A model generated the notes under the pieces. That model worked only from the letters and a program-made list of their open reading frames with translations. It ran no database searches and was not told the origin of the DNA. A DNA stretch of 25,204 bases from a bacterium (GTDB taxonomy: Bacteria > Sysuimicrobiota > Sysuimicrobiia > Sysuimicrobiales > Humicultoraceae). A program made the position numbers and the translations under genes. Below are positions 1 to 8,518 of this stretch, piece after piece. The stretch covers positions 1 through 25,204 of the forward strand of contig JBGQGY010000041.1 of assembly GCA_041497675.1 (NCBI GenBank), in the 5' to 3' direction. Each line of letters begins with the position of its first letter. Position 1 is the stretch's first letter.

Positions 1-117
1 CGCGTGACGGGGGCTGAGCACCCGCGTGGATACGACCGTGGCGATGGAGTTTGCGGCGTCGTGAAATCCGTTGATGAAGTCAAAACACAGGGCGATCAGG
101 ATGATGACGACGACCAC
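1..117 (-). CDS. pit: Inorganic phosphate transporter, PiT family (5' part only, runs off window)
   Basis: Manual translation from GTG at 117: VVVVIILIALCFDFINGFHDAANSIATVVSTRVLSPRHA, the PiT N-terminal signature (G-x-H/N-D-x-A-N). Directly downstream of a DUF47 gene, the usual pairing. Not in the ORF track. Confidence 0.9.
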   Translation of the reverse strand, partial: MVVVIILIALCFDFINGFHDAANSIATVVSTRVLSPRHA

Positions 118-125
118 GGCTGCGC

Positions 126-743
126 CTACATGTTTTTGGCGTGAATGCCTTCCAACAGATGAGCGACGTGCTCGCCCTGGTCGGTCGCTTCCTCAAGCGT
201 CTCGTAGATTTCCTTCCACTTGATGACGTCGATGGGATTGGAAACGGTGGCAAACAGACGCGCGATCGCGTCGCGCTGCAAATGATCGGCCAGGTTTTCC
301 AGCCGGTTGATCTCCTTCACGGGACCCTCCAACTTGTCCAGAGAGCGGAGATTCTTGACGGCCTCGACGACCGCTTGGCATTCGTTGACAATAATATGCG
401 CCAGTTCCTGCGCTTCGGGTGTGGAATGTGGTATCTGGTAGACGGCCATGCGGGCGGCCGCCGCTTCGATCCAATCGAGGACGTCGTCCAGTTGCTTCGC
501 GAGGGCGAAGATATCCTCGCGATCGATCGGCACGACAAAGGTGCGGTTCAGCCGTTCGATGATCAAATGCGTCATCTCGTCGCCCCGATCCTCGATGGCC
601 TTGATGGCGGCGGCTTGGCGCTCGACGTCCCGATAGTCGTCCATCATCGCTTTGAGCAGGCGCGCCGCCTGCAGCATGTTCTCGGCGGCCTCATTGAACA
701 TATCGAAGAACGACTCTTCGCGGGGCAGCAGACGTAACGCCAT
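126..743 (-). CDS. DUF47 family PhoU-like phosphate transport regulator (Pit accessory protein)
   Basis: MALRLLPREESFFDMF...IEDRGDEMTH...FVVPIDREDI..LAKQLDDVLD...LENLAD...IKWKEIYETLEEATD. SD GGAGGA at 751-756 (minus); start ATG 743 or 746. Confidence 0.93.
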   Translation of the reverse strand: MALRLLPREESFFDMFNEAAENMLQAARLLKAMMDDYRDVERQAAAIKAIEDRGDEMTHLIIERLNRTFVVPIDREDIFALAKQLDDVLDWIEAAAARMAVYQIPHSTPEAQELAHIIVNECQAVVEAVKNLRSLDKLEGPVKEINRLENLADHLQRDAIARLFATVSNPIDVIKWKEIYETLEEATDQGEHVAHLLEGIHAKNM

Positions 744-897
744 CATGTTATCCTCCGCAACGGAATCTTGGCACGTGGTTCGGCGCGGTGCCCTGGGTTC
801 CTGGATGGAACGGCGAAAGGCGGTTCGCTTGCACCGAGGCGCGCTGTCCCGGATACTGGGATTGAAGGCGTTCCCCGCGGGAAAGGTTGTGTCGATA

Positions 898-1863
898 GTG
901 CAGAGTAGCGAGCGCAACAGGGCGGTCGGCCCGGAGGTCAGCGTCCGGGAGGTCCTGCCCGATGGCAGTCCCGACCGGGAGTTGCGTCTCCTCGACGAGA
1001 TGGCAAGGACGATTCACGAAGCCGCGCAGATACTCAACACGGCCATGGGCGGCGGTGTGCCGTTTGGCGAAGCCTGGGAACTGATCAGAGACCTGGAGCA
1101 CAAAGGTGATGCAATCGCGCGCGACCTCTTTGACGCGCTGATGGTGCCGCGCGGCACGCTGGACCGGCAGGCGCTGACGGCCCTCACTGGATATCTGGAC
1201 GACGTCGTCGACGGGATCGAAGCGGCCGCGGCGCGTCTGGCGATCTACCGGATCCGGCGCGTGCTGCCGGCCGCGCACGAGATGAGCGCGATCATCCTGG
1301 AGTCCGCCAAGGAACTGGTCACGGCTATCGATCAGGTGCGCCGCATGGAGGACGTGTTTCCCCACACGCGGAGCCTGCACCGGCTCGAAAACCGGGGCGA
1401 CGATGTGCTGCGCGCGGCCATGGAAGCCCTCTTCTCAGGGTCGACCACAGTCAAGGATATTATCAAGTGGAAAGACATCTGCGAGATGCTCGAGACGAGC
1501 ACCGACCGGTGTGAAGACGTGGCGAACGTGCTCGAGACGTTCGTCGTCCAGTCGGGAGGCGAAGACAAACTTACGGCGGGCCGCCTCGTCGTCGATGTCG
1601 GCCGGCACGAGGTCAAGGTGGCCGGCGCCGTCGTGCCCGTCTCCGCGAAGGAGTTTGGCCTCCTGCACCTGTTGATGCGTCACCAGGGCAAAGTGGTGCG
1701 GCGCGAGCGGCTGCTCCACGAGGTCTGGGGCGACGACTATTTTGGCGACGCCCGCACGCTCGACACCCACGTTGGCTGGCTGCGCAAGAAGGTCGAGGCG
1801 CGGGGCGGGGTTCGGATCGTGGCCGTTCGCGGCATCGGCTACCGGCTGGATCTTGCGGGCTAG
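898..1863 (+). CDS. DUF47/PhoU-like domain fused to a C-terminal OmpR/PhoB-type winged-helix DNA-binding domain (no receiver domain)
   Basis: N part LEHKGD...LDDVVDGIEAAAARLAIY...LENRGD...IKWKDICEMLETSTDRCEDVA (DUF47). C part from ~1570: SAKEFGLLHLLMRHQGKVVRRERLLHEVWG...RTLDTHVGWLRKKVE...IVAVRGIGYRL (Trans_reg_C). Start uncertain (GTG 889/898 or ATG 1000). Confidence 0.88.
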   Translation: MQSSERNRAVGPEVSVREVLPDGSPDRELRLLDEMARTIHEAAQILNTAMGGGVPFGEAWELIRDLEHKGDAIARDLFDALMVPRGTLDRQALTALTGYLDDVVDGIEAAAARLAIYRIRRVLPAAHEMSAIILESAKELVTAIDQVRRMEDVFPHTRSLHRLENRGDDVLRAAMEALFSGSTTVKDIIKWKDICEMLETSTDRCEDVANVLETFVVQSGGEDKLTAGRLVVDVGRHEVKVAGAVVPVSAKEFGLLHLLMRHQGKVVRRERLLHEVWGDDYFGDARTLDTHVGWLRKKVEARGGVRIVAVRGIGYRLDLAG

Positions 1864-1884
1864 AGCCCGCATCCCTCGAAAGAC

Positions 1885-1960
1885 TTCACATTCCTTTGAC
1901 GTAGGATCCACTCTCACTTGACGTGGGTTCACGGTTCCCTTCACGTCCTGCTGGTACGCT
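1885..1960 (+). promoter_or_regulatory. PHO-box-like direct repeat array plus extended -10 of the pst operon
   Basis: TTCACA 1885, TTGACG 1896, TCCACT 1907, TTGACG 1918, TTCACG 1928, TTCACG 1940 (spacings 11,11,11,10,12), then TG-G-TACGCT at 1952-1960. Confidence 0.8.
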
Positions 1961-2003
1961 CAAGGCGCACCAGAGCGAATCGCATGACAGGAGGGAACCA
2001 AAG

Positions 2004-3050
2004 TTGAGAGGACGCAGCGTCTTGGGGTTTGTGCTCGCGGCCGGCGGCGTGCTCACGCTGGCCCTTGCCGTGGCGGCGCAGTCCGTGAACCTGACCGGGG
2101 CCGGGGCGACGTTCCCGTTCCCCTTGTACTCCAAGTGGTCCCAGGTGTACGAAGCGGAGAAGGGCGTCAGAGTGAACTATCAGTCGATCGGGTCGGGCGG
2201 GGGCATCCGCCAGTTCATCTCGAAGACCGTCGACTTTGGGGCCAGCGACGGGCCGATGACCGATGAGCAGATCCAGCAGGCCGGCGGTCGCGTGCTGCAC
2301 ATCCCCATGGTCGCGGGCGCGGTCGTGCCAGTCTACAACGTGCCCGGCGTCGGTCCCGGCTTGAACTTCACATCCGACATCCTGGCCGACATCTTTCTGG
2401 GTAGGATCACGAAGTGGAATGACCCCCGCATCATGAAGGACAACGCCGCGACCAAACTACCGGGCGCCAGTATCGTCGTCGTCCACCGTGCAGATGGGTC
2501 CGGGACAACAGCCATTTGGGTCAACTATCTGAGCAAGGTCAGCGGTGAGTGGAAAACCAAGGTCGGCGAGGGGACATCGGTCGAATGGCCCACGGGGCTG
2601 GGGGGCCGCGGCAACGAGGGCGTCGCGGGGCTCGTAAAACAAACTCCGAACACGCTTGGGTATGTCGAGCTGGCGTACGCGCTGACCAACCAGATGACGT
2701 TTGGCAATGTCCGAAACAAGGCCGGGCAGTTCGTCAGGGCGTCGCTGTCGACGACGACCAAGGCCATGGAAGGCGCGCTCAAGGCGATTCCCGAGGACTA
2801 CCGGATCTTCTTTACCGATCCCGACGGGCAGGATGCCTACCCGGTCGCGGGGTTCACGTGGATCCTGATCTACGGCGATCAGCGAGACGCCGCGAAGGGG
2901 AAGGCGCTCGTCGAGTTTCTCTGGTGGGCGACGCACGAGGGCCAGAAATACGGGCCGACGCTGCTCTACGCGTCGTTACCCAAGGCCCTGGTGCAGCGCC
3001 TTGAGGGCACGTTGAAGACGGTGACCGCGCAAGGCAAGGCGATTCTCTAG
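2004..3050 (+). CDS. pstS: Phosphate ABC transporter substrate-binding protein
   Basis: GAGATFPFPLY, YQSIGSGGGI, DFGASD, HRADGSGTT, GRGNEGVA, GYVELAYA motifs. TTG start at 2004 after SD GGAGG; signal peptide without lipobox Cys. Confidence 0.97.
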   Translation: MRGRSVLGFVLAAGGVLTLALAVAAQSVNLTGAGATFPFPLYSKWSQVYEAEKGVRVNYQSIGSGGGIRQFISKTVDFGASDGPMTDEQIQQAGGRVLHIPMVAGAVVPVYNVPGVGPGLNFTSDILADIFLGRITKWNDPRIMKDNAATKLPGASIVVVHRADGSGTTAIWVNYLSKVSGEWKTKVGEGTSVEWPTGLGGRGNEGVAGLVKQTPNTLGYVELAYALTNQMTFGNVRNKAGQFVRASLSTTTKAMEGALKAIPEDYRIFFTDPDGQDAYPVAGFTWILIYGDQRDAAKGKALVEFLWWATHEGQKYGPTLLYASLPKALVQRLEGTLKTVTAQGKAIL

Positions 3051-3053
3051 ACG

Positions 3054-3989
3054 TTGAACCCGCGCACGACCGCCCACACCGGCGACCTCTTGTTCCAGCG
3101 TCTGCTGGCCGGGATGGCGGGGATGGTGCTGCTGATCACCGGCGCAATCACCATCTCGTTGACCGTCGCGGCCTGGCCGGCCATCGAGAGGTTTGGCCTG
3201 CGATTTTTGGTGACGTCAACCTGGAACCCGGTCTCGGGCCGATTCGGCGCCCTCCCGTTTGTCTACGGGACGTTGGTCTCATCGGGGATCGCCCTGATGC
3301 TGGCGGTGCCGCTGGGGCTTGGCGTCGCCATCTTTCTCTCGGAGTTGGCGCCGCGGTGGCTGCGGGTGCCGGTCGGCTTTCTTGTCGAACTGCTCGCGGC
3401 TATCCCAAGCGTCGTCTATGGTCTGTGGGGGATCTTCGTGCTCATCCCGTGGGTGCGCACGAGTCTCACACCACCCCTGCAGGCCGCGCTCGGGTTTCTG
3501 CCGCTCTTTCAGGGGCCGCCGCTGGGGTTGGGCATGCTGACCGCCGGGCTCATCCTGGCGATCATGGTCGTGCCGTTTATCGTAGCCGTCAGTACCGAGG
3601 TCATGCGCGCCGTCCCCCAAGCGCAGCGCGAAGCCGCGCTCTCGCTGGGCGCGACGCAGTGGGAGACGACCCGCACCGCCGTCATTCCCTACGCGCGGTC
3701 GGGGATCATGGGAGCGACCTTCCTCGCGTTGGCCCGGGCGTTGGGTGAGACGATGGCGGTGACCATGGTCATCGGGAACGTCCCGCAGATCAAGGCGTCG
3801 GTGCTCGCACCCGCGTATACGATCTCGGCCGTCATCGCCAACGAGTTCGCCGAGGCTACCGAAAACCTATATCTCGCCGCGCTGATCCTCGTCGGGCTCG
3901 TGCTGTTCGTCGTCACAATGGGGGTGAACGTCGTCGCGCGCCTCCTAGTATCGAGGGTCGCCGGGGGACCGGCGCTGATCAGGGAATGA
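3054..3989 (+). CDS. pstC: Phosphate ABC transporter permease PstC
   Basis: WNP..GRFGALPFVYGTL, ELLAAIPSVVYGLWG, REAALSLGAT, RALGETMAVTMVIGN. Confidence 0.97.
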   Translation: MNPRTTAHTGDLLFQRLLAGMAGMVLLITGAITISLTVAAWPAIERFGLRFLVTSTWNPVSGRFGALPFVYGTLVSSGIALMLAVPLGLGVAIFLSELAPRWLRVPVGFLVELLAAIPSVVYGLWGIFVLIPWVRTSLTPPLQAALGFLPLFQGPPLGLGMLTAGLILAIMVVPFIVAVSTEVMRAVPQAQREAALSLGATQWETTRTAVIPYARSGIMGATFLALARALGETMAVTMVIGNVPQIKASVLAPAYTISAVIANEFAEATENLYLAALILVGLVLFVVTMGVNVVARLLVSRVAGGPALIRE

Positions 3990-4840
3990 TCGCTGCGGGG
4001 CCGGGGTACCGCCGGCGCAAGGTCATCAACGCGATCATGAGCGCCGCGACCGCGCTCTGCACCATCGCCGTGCTGGTGCCACTGTTTGTGATCCTGCTCT
4101 TTCTCATCCGTCAGGGCGCCGGATCGATCAACCGGGAGTTCTTCACGCACCTCCCCGGCGCGGCGGGTGAGCCGGGCGGCGGCATGGCGAACGCCATCGT
4201 CGGGTCGCTGGTCCTGATCGGGCTCGCGGGTGTGATCGGCGTGCCGGTCGGTGTGCTGGGCGGCGTGTTCCTGTCCGAATACCCGGGCAGCAAGTTCGGA
4301 CACGTCGTGCGGTTGATGGCCGACGTCATGAACGGCATGCCCAGCATCGTGATGGGGCTCTTTGCCTACACGGTCATCGTCTTGCCGATGCGGCACTTCA
4401 GCGCGCTCGCCGGTGGCGTGGCGCTGGGCGTCATGCTCATCCCCACGGTGATGCGGACGACAGAGGAGATCGTGCGGCTCGTTCCCCAGAGCATCCGGGA
4501 GGCGTCGCTCGCGCTCGGGATCCCCCAATGGAAGACGATGGTGCGGATCGTGCTGCCGACCGCGGCCGGCGGGATCGTGACGGGGATCATGGTCGGTTTG
4601 GCGCGTATCGCCGGTGAGACCGCCCCGCTGTTGTTTACCGCGTTTGGCAATCGCTTTTGGAATTGGAACCTTCTCCAGCCCATCGCGGCGCTGCCTCTCC
4701 AGGTGTTCTCGTACGCCATCGCCCCATTCGATGACTGGCACCGCCAGGCGTGGGCCGGGGCGTTGGTCCTCGTCGCCATGATCCTGGTGATCAACGTGAC
4801 GGCCCGGTCCTTCGCGGCCCGGCAGGTGAACCTCCGATGA
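3986..4840 (+). CDS. pstA: Phosphate ABC transporter permease PstA
   Basis: [46 protein letters not shown] overlap with pstC. Confidence 0.97.
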   Translation: MIAAGPGYRRRKVINAIMSAATALCTIAVLVPLFVILLFLIRQGAGSINREFFTHLPGAAGEPGGGMANAIVGSLVLIGLAGVIGVPVGVLGGVFLSEYPGSKFGHVVRLMADVMNGMPSIVMGLFAYTVIVLPMRHFSALAGGVALGVMLIPTVMRTTEEIVRLVPQSIREASLALGIPQWKTMVRIVLPTAAGGIVTGIMVGLARIAGETAPLLFTAFGNRFWNWNLLQPIAALPLQVFSYAIAPFDDWHRQAWAGALVLVAMILVINVTARSFAARQVNLR

Positions 4841-5652
4841 GCGCTCTCGAGACGAACATCATGCCGAATCACGCCGCGGCGCCCCAGCGCCCGACGGTCG
4901 GCGGCATCGATACGCGCGACGTCCATGCGTGGTTTGACCGGCACCACGTGCTGCATGGGATTACCCTGGCGATCGCGCCCCGGCAGGTCACCGCGATCAT
5001 CGGGCCGTCGGGGTGCGGTAAATCCACGTTTCTGCGGTGTCTGAACCGCATGCACGAGCTCGTCCCCGGCGGCCGGGTCGGCGGCCAGATCCTGCTCGAC
5101 GGCGGCGACATCTATGCGCCGGGCGTCGACCCGGTGCTCGTCCGCCGTCGCGTCGGCATGGTGTTCCAGAAGCCCAACCCGTTTCCGACGATGAGCATCT
5201 ACGACAACGTGGTGGCCGGACTCCGACTCGGCGGCGATCACGGCGGGGCGACGCTCGACGAGACCGTCGAGCGGAGCCTGCGGGCCGCGGCCCTGTGGGA
5301 TGAGGTGAAGGACCGTCTTGAAAAACCGGGGACCAGTCTCTCGGGTGGCCAGCAGCAGCGGCTGTGCATCGCGCGCGCGCTCGCCGTGTCTCCCAAGGTG
5401 CTGTTGATGGACGAGCCGTGCTCGGCGCTCGACCCGGCGGCGACCCTGCGGATCGAGGAGCTGGCCCGCCAGCTGGCCGGGGACATCACCATCGTGATCG
5501 TGACGCACAACATGCAGCAGGCCGCCCGAGTCTCCGATGTGACCGGCTTCTTCCTGAACGGCGAACTCATCGAATTGGGGGTGACGGACCAGATCTTCAC
5601 CCGGCCGAAGGACAAGCGCACCGAGGACTATATCACCGGACGGTTCGGGTAG
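4837..5652 (+). CDS. pstB: Phosphate ABC transporter ATP-binding protein
   Basis: Walker [49 protein letters not shown]-terminal [14 protein letters not shown] overlap with pstA. Confidence 0.97.
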   Translation: MSALETNIMPNHAAAPQRPTVGGIDTRDVHAWFDRHHVLHGITLAIAPRQVTAIIGPSGCGKSTFLRCLNRMHELVPGGRVGGQILLDGGDIYAPGVDPVLVRRRVGMVFQKPNPFPTMSIYDNVVAGLRLGGDHGGATLDETVERSLRAAALWDEVKDRLEKPGTSLSGGQQQRLCIARALAVSPKVLLMDEPCSALDPAATLRIEELARQLAGDITIVIVTHNMQQAARVSDVTGFFLNGELIELGVTDQIFTRPKDKRTEDYITGRFG

Positions 5653-5716
5653 GCGCGGGGTCCCGGGCAAGGACTTCCCCGAGCCGACCCGAACTGCTGC
5701 CGGCGGAGGCGACATC

Positions 5717-6373
5717 GTGACGCGCGACATGTTCGTCAAGGAAATGGAGGCGCTGCAGGCCGACGTCGTCCGGATGGCGTCGATGGCCGGCGACGCCATC
5801 CATGCGGCCGTTGAAGCGCTGAGGGACCGGGATGTAGCCCGCGCGGAGCGCGTCATTGCCGACGATGACCGGATCGACACCCTGCACCTCGATCTCGAGG
5901 CGCGGTGCATGCGGCTGCTGGCCCGACAGCAACCCATGGCGTCGGACCTACGCGCCATCGCAGCGGTCTTTACCATCACCCTCGATCTGGAGCGGCTGGC
6001 CGATCACGCTGAGGGGATCTCGAAGGCCGTCAAGCGTCTTGGGGACCAACCCCTGCTGAAACCGCTGATCGACATCCCGCGGATGGAAGCGTTGGTGCAG
6101 CAGATGCTCCGCGACGTCATGCACGCCTTCCTGCGCCGTGACGTCGCCCTCGCGGAGGCGACGGCGCTCAAGGACGACGAAGTCGATGCCCTGCGCAGTC
6201 AGGTGTTCCGCGAGTTGCTCACCTACATGATGAGCGATCCCGGCACGGTGTCGCGGGCGCTCGAACTGCTACTCGTGGCGCAACACCTCGAACGCGCGGC
6301 CGATCACATCACCAACATCGGCGAACGGGTCATCTATGCCGTCACGGGCGAACTCCGCGAACTGAACGTCTAG
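5717..6373 (+). CDS. phoU: Phosphate signalling complex protein PhoU
   Basis: DDRID, ARQQPMASDLR, DLERLADHA, DDEVD, LERAADHITNIGERVIYAVTG; follows pstB. Confidence 0.96.
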   Translation: MTRDMFVKEMEALQADVVRMASMAGDAIHAAVEALRDRDVARAERVIADDDRIDTLHLDLEARCMRLLARQQPMASDLRAIAAVFTITLDLERLADHAEGISKAVKRLGDQPLLKPLIDIPRMEALVQQMLRDVMHAFLRRDVALAEATALKDDEVDALRSQVFRELLTYMMSDPGTVSRALELLLVAQHLERAADHITNIGERVIYAVTGELRELNV

Positions 6374-6398
6374 CCAGATTCGACCCCCGGGGGCAGCC

Positions 6399-6794
6399 GT
6401 GCGACGCGTCCTCTTCGTCTGACACGCCAACACCGCCCGCTCACCGATGGCCGAGGCGCTGTTCAACGCCGCGGCGCCGGAGGGCTGGCGGGCCGGATCC
6501 GCGGGCACGGATCCCAGTGGTACCGTCCGTAACGACGCCGTCGCCGCGATGCGGGAGATCGGTCTCGATATCAGCGCGCACGTCCCGCGGTCGCTGGGCG
6601 CGGCGCTCGGACCCGACGTCGAACTGCTCGTGGGGCTCTGCGCGGAAGAGGGCTGCCCCGTCGCACCCGGCATCCGCAGCCTGCACTGGCCGGTTCCCAA
6701 TCCCGCGGGTGGGGGGATCGATCGCTACCGCGAGGCGCGCGATCTGCTGCGACGGTTGATACGGGATTTGGTGGGCGATCTCCAAGTGAGATGA
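6399..6794 (+). CDS. arsC: Thioredoxin-type arsenate reductase (LMW-PTP fold) with in-frame TGA at the catalytic Cys position; candidate selenoprotein (alternative: nonsense pseudogene)
   Basis: GTG 6399 gives MRRVLFV-TGA(6420-6422)-HANTARSPMAEA, in frame with the track ORF 6447..6794, which has SAGT, AMREIGLDIS, LCAEEGCP, HWPVPNP. Confidence 0.75.
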
Positions 6795-6830
6795 AGGAAG
6801 CCGGCGCGCGGCGGTGGAACGAAGGGGTCC

Positions 6831-7463
6831 ATGACGACTGGCGGCAAGGCGAAGGCGCGGGACGCGAAGCAGCACCGTAGAGACGCCACGCGCGAAGAAC
6901 GGCTCAAAGGACGACAAGAGGCGGAGACCCGCCGGCACAAGCGCGAGCGCACTATCTACGCGGCCGTCGCCGTGGTGGTCGTGGCCATTATTGGCCTGTT
7001 GGGGTGGTCCGCATTCAGGCCCAAACCCGCTCTGCCGGGCGTGCAGTATCCCGATCAGGGGACTGAGCACATCCCGCGAGGCAAGCCCCATCCCGCGTAC
7101 AACTCGAACCCGCCGACCTCGGGATGGCACTACGCGGAGACCGTGGCCCCCGGAGCCTACAACAACGACGTGGCCGACGAGATCCTTATCCACAACCTCG
7201 AGCACGGGTGTATTTGGGTGTCGTACAAGGATTCCAAGGACGCCGATCTGGTCGCGAAGCTGGAGGGGTTCGCGGCGCAGTATCCGACGTCGGTGGTGCT
7301 GACGGTGCGATCGAAGAACGACAGCGCCATTGCCGTGGCCGCCTGGCGGCGCCTGCTGAAACTGGAGAAGTACGACGAAGGTCGGATCGTCCAGTTTCTT
7401 AAGATGTTCCGCAACAAGGGACCCGAGTCGCTCAACTGCGTCGGGGGGATGCCGCCGAAGTAG
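6831..7463 (+). CDS. DUF3105 domain membrane-anchored protein
   Basis: Basic N-terminus, one TM helix, then YNSNPPTSGWHY and HNLEHG motifs, IAVAAW. Confidence 0.85.
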   Translation: MTTGGKAKARDAKQHRRDATREERLKGRQEAETRRHKRERTIYAAVAVVVVAIIGLLGWSAFRPKPALPGVQYPDQGTEHIPRGKPHPAYNSNPPTSGWHYAETVAPGAYNNDVADEILIHNLEHGCIWVSYKDSKDADLVAKLEGFAAQYPTSVVLTVRSKNDSAIAVAAWRRLLKLEKYDEGRIVQFLKMFRNKGPESLNCVGGMPPK

Positions 7464-8379
7464 GCGCCTCCCGCGTCTTCACATAGCGGATCATTCCTAG
7501 GGCGCTCTGTTGGATCGCCATGACCGTTTCGAACCGCGCCGCCGTACCCTGATTGTCCGCGGCGAGATCGCGTTCGGCCGCCACGCGTACGCGTTCGACG
7601 ATCGCCTCGTCGGTCTCCCCCTCGGCCAGCGCCTGACGCACGACCGCCGCGCACGCGTGGATCCGCCGCTGCAGCTGGACGAGCAGGTCGTCCGCCCACG
7701 TGTGCGCGCCAAAGTGCGTGAGCAAGAGCCGCCGCGGTTGGAGCGCGCGCATCCGCGCGATGGTCTGATCCCACGCGGGAATGTCTACCTCGGGCGGCGG
7801 CGTCGGCGGGCGTACGTAGCGCGACCCGGGTAGGGCGACGCCGGCCGCGTCGCCGGTGAAGAGGTCGCCTCCGGCGCGATCGTGGTAGACATGATGGTGA
7901 CGCGCGTGGCCGGGGGTGTCGTACGCGGCCAGCCGCCGCGACCCGAGCAGCACCTCGGCGCCATCCGGAAGGGCGTGGACGCGATCGGCCGGTACGGGGA
8001 CGATCTCGCCGAACAACCGCGGCAGATCATCACCGTACAACCGGTGCGCGCTGGCGACCAGCTTCGACGGGTCGACCAGGTGCGGGGCGCCGATCGGGTG
8101 CACGTACACGTCGAGATGCGGGTAGCGTCGCACGAGCAAGCCGGTCGCTCCCGCGTGATCCAGGTGGATGTGTGTGACGGCGACCGCGCGCAGGTCCTGC
8201 GGGTCCAGCCCGGCCGCGCGTACCCCGGCCAGCAACGTGTCCAGGGTGGAGGCCGGACCCGTTTCGATCAGCGCCGGGCGCTCACCGAGCAGCAGGTAGC
8301 AGCCAACCGCCTCAGGCGTGTTGACGTAGTGCGTGTCGATCAGGACCAAATCGTCCGCCAGACGCTCGATGCGCTTCAT
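7432..8379 (-). CDS. MBL-fold metallo-hydrolase
   Basis: LIETGP, THIHLDHAG (HxHxDH), TPGHARHH, FTGDAAG, LTHFG. Start MKRIERL at 8379; 3' end overlaps the convergent DUF3105 gene by 32 nt. Confidence 0.92.
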   Translation of the reverse strand: MKRIERLADDLVLIDTHYVNTPEAVGCYLLLGERPALIETGPASTLDTLLAGVRAAGLDPQDLRAVAVTHIHLDHAGATGLLVRRYPHLDVYVHPIGAPHLVDPSKLVASAHRLYGDDLPRLFGEIVPVPADRVHALPDGAEVLLGSRRLAAYDTPGHARHHHVYHDRAGGDLFTGDAAGVALPGSRYVRPPTPPPEVDIPAWDQTIARMRALQPRRLLLTHFGAHTWADDLLVQLQRRIHACAAVVRQALAEGETDEAIVERVRVAAERDLAADNQGTAARFETVMAIQQSALGMIRYVKTREAPTSAASPRRS

Positions 8380-8425
8380 CGTGCCATCACGATACCACAG
8401 ACCGCCAGGTGGCGCCGCCGCCGTC

Positions 8426-8453
8426 TTGCGAGGATCGGTCCTCGTGCTATAAT
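8426..8453 (+). promoter_or_regulatory. Sigma70-type promoter for rplY
   Basis: TTGCGA (8426-8431), 16 nt spacer, TG-C-TATAAT (8445-8453). Confidence 0.75.
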
Positions 8454-8518
8454 GGGCGATGGTCCGGCCCCGGTATCGGGGCCGGTGTTGTGTCCGGCTT
8501 GTGGTGGAGGGTCCGCGT

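Noticed and set aside
652..888. N-terminal extension of the 403-aa ORF (and the 126..917 extension on the minus strand)
   Set aside because: The extensions overlap the divergent genes and have no domain-like content; SD and homology place the starts at ~743 and ~889-1000.
747..888. Possible riboswitch or PHO boxes in the divergent intergenic region
   Set aside because: Only short imperfect hairpins (e.g. TCCCGGATACTGGGA); no phased TTCAC repeats or recognisable aptamer.
3689..5979. Long antisense ORFs (350 aa, 537 aa) opposite pstCAB-phoU
   Set aside because: Shadow ORFs typical of high-GC coding strands; no recognisable motifs.
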